Assembly: GCA_038087875.1 (NCBI GenBank)
Contig: CM075981.1
Span: 72,850,001-72,914,000, forward strand
Origin: Malacoraja senta
Lineage: Eukaryota
Reading direction: 5' to 3'
DNA: 64,000 nt
Below are positions 61,901-64,000 of the stretch, piece after piece; the stretch's first letter is position 1, and the number at the start of each line of letters is the position of its first letter. Under the pieces are notes generated by a model. It was not told the origin of the DNA. It ran no database searches and worked only from the letters and a program-made list of their open reading frames with translations. The translations under genes were made by a program, and so were the position numbers.

Positions 61901-63942
61901 TGTCATGGTACACCAGTCATTGAAAGTAGGCATGCAGGTGCAGCAGGCAGTGAAGAAAGCGAATGGTATGTTAGCATTCATACCAAAAGGATTTGAGTAT
62001 AAGAGCAGGGAGGTTCTACTGCAGTTGTGCAGGATCTTGGTGAGGCCACACCTGGAGTATTGCTTACAGTTTTGGTCGCCAAATCTGAGGAAAGACATTC
62101 TTGCCATAGAGGGAGTACAGAGAAGGTTCACCAGACTGATTCCTGGGATGGCAGGACTTTCATATGAACAAAGACTGGATAGACTCGGCTTGTACTCGCT
62201 AGAATTTAGAAGATTGAGGGGGGATCTTATAGAAACTTACAAGATTCTTAAGGGGTTGGACAGGCTAGATGCAGGAAGATTGTTCCCGATGTTGGGGAAG
62301 TCCAGAACAAGGGGTCACAGTTTAAGGATAAGGGGGAAGTCTTTTAGGACCGAGATGAGAAAATCATTTTTCACACACAGTGTGGTGAATCTCTGGAATT
62401 CTCTGCCACAGAAGGTAGTTGAGGCCAGTTCATTGGCTATATTTAAGAGGGAGTTAGATGTGGCCCTTGTGGCTAAAGGGATCAGGGGGTATGGAGAGAA
62501 GACAGGTACAGGATACTGAGTTGGATGATCAGCCATGATCATATTGAATGGCGGTGCAGGCTCGAAGGGCCGAATGGCCTACTCCTGCACCTATTTTTTA
62601 TGTTTCTATGTTTCTATATAATTGTAGGTATGTTACAAAACTTACCTTCAGTCGCGCTGTAATTCTGCCACTGGCCGTGTGCGCGGTTTTTGGTGCCTTT
62701 AAGGGGGGGCGGGGTTAAAACGCGGGTTTCTCCTCCCTTGTCCTGGGAATATTTTGTTGGAGTACAAGCCTTGGCTGACAAAATCGTTCCTACCGGCGTT
62801 TTGTGAATTTTTTATTTTGATTAAATCGTCAATGTCAGCGCTACAGTAATTTTAAAAGCAGCTCCTGAAGCGTCAACGCCGATAACGGGGACGGATTTCA
62901 CACACGGGACAGGTAAACGAAAGTGCTTTCTTTAAATGTATAAAAGTGCTTCTTAAGAAGCCTTTAATTCACATTTTGTCATGCGACACGGTGATTTTAT
63001 TCCCCGAATTAACGGCAGTATTTTTCATGCCAATACGGGGTTAAATTCACCGCAAATCAACGTTCCAAAAGATCGCGTTCCAGTAATCCTCACTCGCAAG
63101 ATGAATTAAATGCCCATTAATTTACAGGTATTAAACATTCAATTCCTTCCATTTGGCCTGTAAATTCATGAAAATTAGATTTAAAAATTATGTTATATTG
63201 TGAATTATTGTGTGAATGTTATTTGGACACTTAGGCTATTTAAAAATGTTAATCTATTCTTAAGAAATTGATAGATTTTTAGATCTAGTAATTGAATTTT
63301 GTAATTAGCTACAATTAGGTAACTAACTAATTATATGCTTTACTTTCATGTCTTCGAAGTAAGATTGTTTCATATTTGTTTCAGAATGCTTCAATCTATA
63401 ATACCTGAAAATTTCTTTCAGTTATCATAATTTTTAAGAAAGTTATGGGCTTTTAACTGTCCTCGATCACAGCTTTTGTGTTAAGTCAATGGAAAAGCAA
63501 TAGGGAACTAGATGCTAATTTCTGAGTATGATAATGGCCATAACATTTTTAATACTGAAGATATGAAAGTGAATTAAGTGTCAAATTAAACTTCTTTTTA
63601 TGCTTTATCTGATGGGATAAATTGCAGACGTTATTTTTAAAATCTCAAAATTTTGTAACATTGCTAATAATTGATGATAAAATTATCAATGATTATATTA
63701 TTAAATGTTTTTTTCTCTCTATCTTTGTTTCCAGAGAACACCAAAGAGTGTGAGATGTATTAGCAATGGCATGTAGTATTCATGATTTAACGTTAATTGT
63801 TTATGATCAAATTTTCTGATTAAATGTATATTTTATGCAGTATCGCTTTGTGGGATGATGGGATATTCTGATTTTTACAAGCCCAGGTGGTATAAAACCA
63901 TTCTGTCATGGCAGCAATCATTAGGTTGCTTTGACTATAAAG
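43770..63942 (+). CDS. C16orf89: C16orf89-like copy B, gene span exons 1-6 (3' end beyond window)
   Basis: Exons 43770-43932, 44791-44943, 51692-51842, 55277-55394, 57827-57980 and 63841-63942; splice sites intact, no stops. Confidence 0.82.
44791..44943 (+). CDS. C16orf89: C16orf89-like B exon 2 (QLLGTVSRWNIPGP...INEPEDYK)
   Basis: 153 bp, splice sites intact; 8 aa differences from copy A. Confidence 0.82.
46197..47055 (+). mobile_element. Unit-B-specific insertions: LINE 3'-tail repeat (~46197-46512) plus CR1 3' fragment (~46519-47055)
   Basis: Absent at the matching site ~17970 in unit A; [22 protein letters not shown]...GTGY*. Confidence 0.9.
48726..50049 (-). mobile_element. TIR/ZFP36-fragment element, duplicate in unit B
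   Basis: Near-identical to 19645-20967 with the same flanks. Confidence 0.87.
51692..51842 (+). CDS. C16orf89: C16orf89-like B exon 3
   Basis: 151 bp; 6 aa differences from copy A. Confidence 0.8.
53726..53908 (+). repeat. 25-bp minisatellite, ~7.3 copies (paralogue of the 24683 array)
   Basis: Same unit, fewer copies. Confidence 0.93.
55277..55394 (+). CDS. C16orf89: C16orf89-like B exon 4
   Basis: 118 bp; 3 aa differences from copy A. Confidence 0.8.
57827..57980 (+). CDS. C16orf89: C16orf89-like B exon 5
   Basis: 154 bp; Q->H versus copy A. Confidence 0.85.
61484..62617 (+). mobile_element. CR1 LINE ORF2 3' part (duplicate of 32741-33875)
   Basis: 300-aa ORF at 61617-62519. Confidence 0.95.
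62625..63666. mobile_element. hAT-like TIR element (duplicate of 33883-34924)
   Basis: Same TIRs and flanks. Confidence 0.75.
63841..63942 (+). CDS. C16orf89: C16orf89-like B exon 6
   Basis: 102 bp; identical to copy A. Confidence 0.87.
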
Positions 63943-64000
63943 GTGAGTTGATTGATTAATATTAATTGTTTAAAATGGAAACTACTGTTTATGTGCCAGA

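Larger units (their letters stand above)
42663..64000 (+). repeat. Segmental duplication unit B (runs off window)
   Basis: Starts CATCTAAAATCAGTACCCC like 14451; window end matches 35258. Confidence 0.97.

Overview
Eukaryotic, vertebrate genomic DNA. The CR1/Penelope/SINE repeat content suggests a cartilaginous fish, probably a skate or ray (inference). Left part: ALG1 on the minus strand, coding exons 1-12 at 13490->1060; the last exon was not found in the window. Head-to-head with it is a C16orf89/UPF0764-like secreted-protein gene on the plus strand (copy A, 7 coding exons, 15558-39650, ~307 aa). A near-identical ~21 kb+ duplicate (14451-35258 vs 42663-64000) carries copy B, exons 1-6. Two N gaps bracket copy A. 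Main observations: (1) a non-autonomous DNA element with 21-bp terminal inverted repeats that carries a captured ZFP36/TTP-family fragment (CCCH fingers plus the C-terminal RRLPIF motif), at two independent insertion sites (three copies in the window); (2) the two C16orf89-like copies differ by 19 amino-acid-changing versus 2 silent substitutions (hand count), while most intron sequence is ~99% or more identical; (3) a perfect 111-bp-arm inverted repeat; (4) Helitron-like, Harbinger-like, hAT-like and Tigger-like non-autonomous elements, several nested. Exon boundaries were read by eye from GT/AG sites and phase continuity. Protein identifications rest on recalled human sequences, not on database searches.
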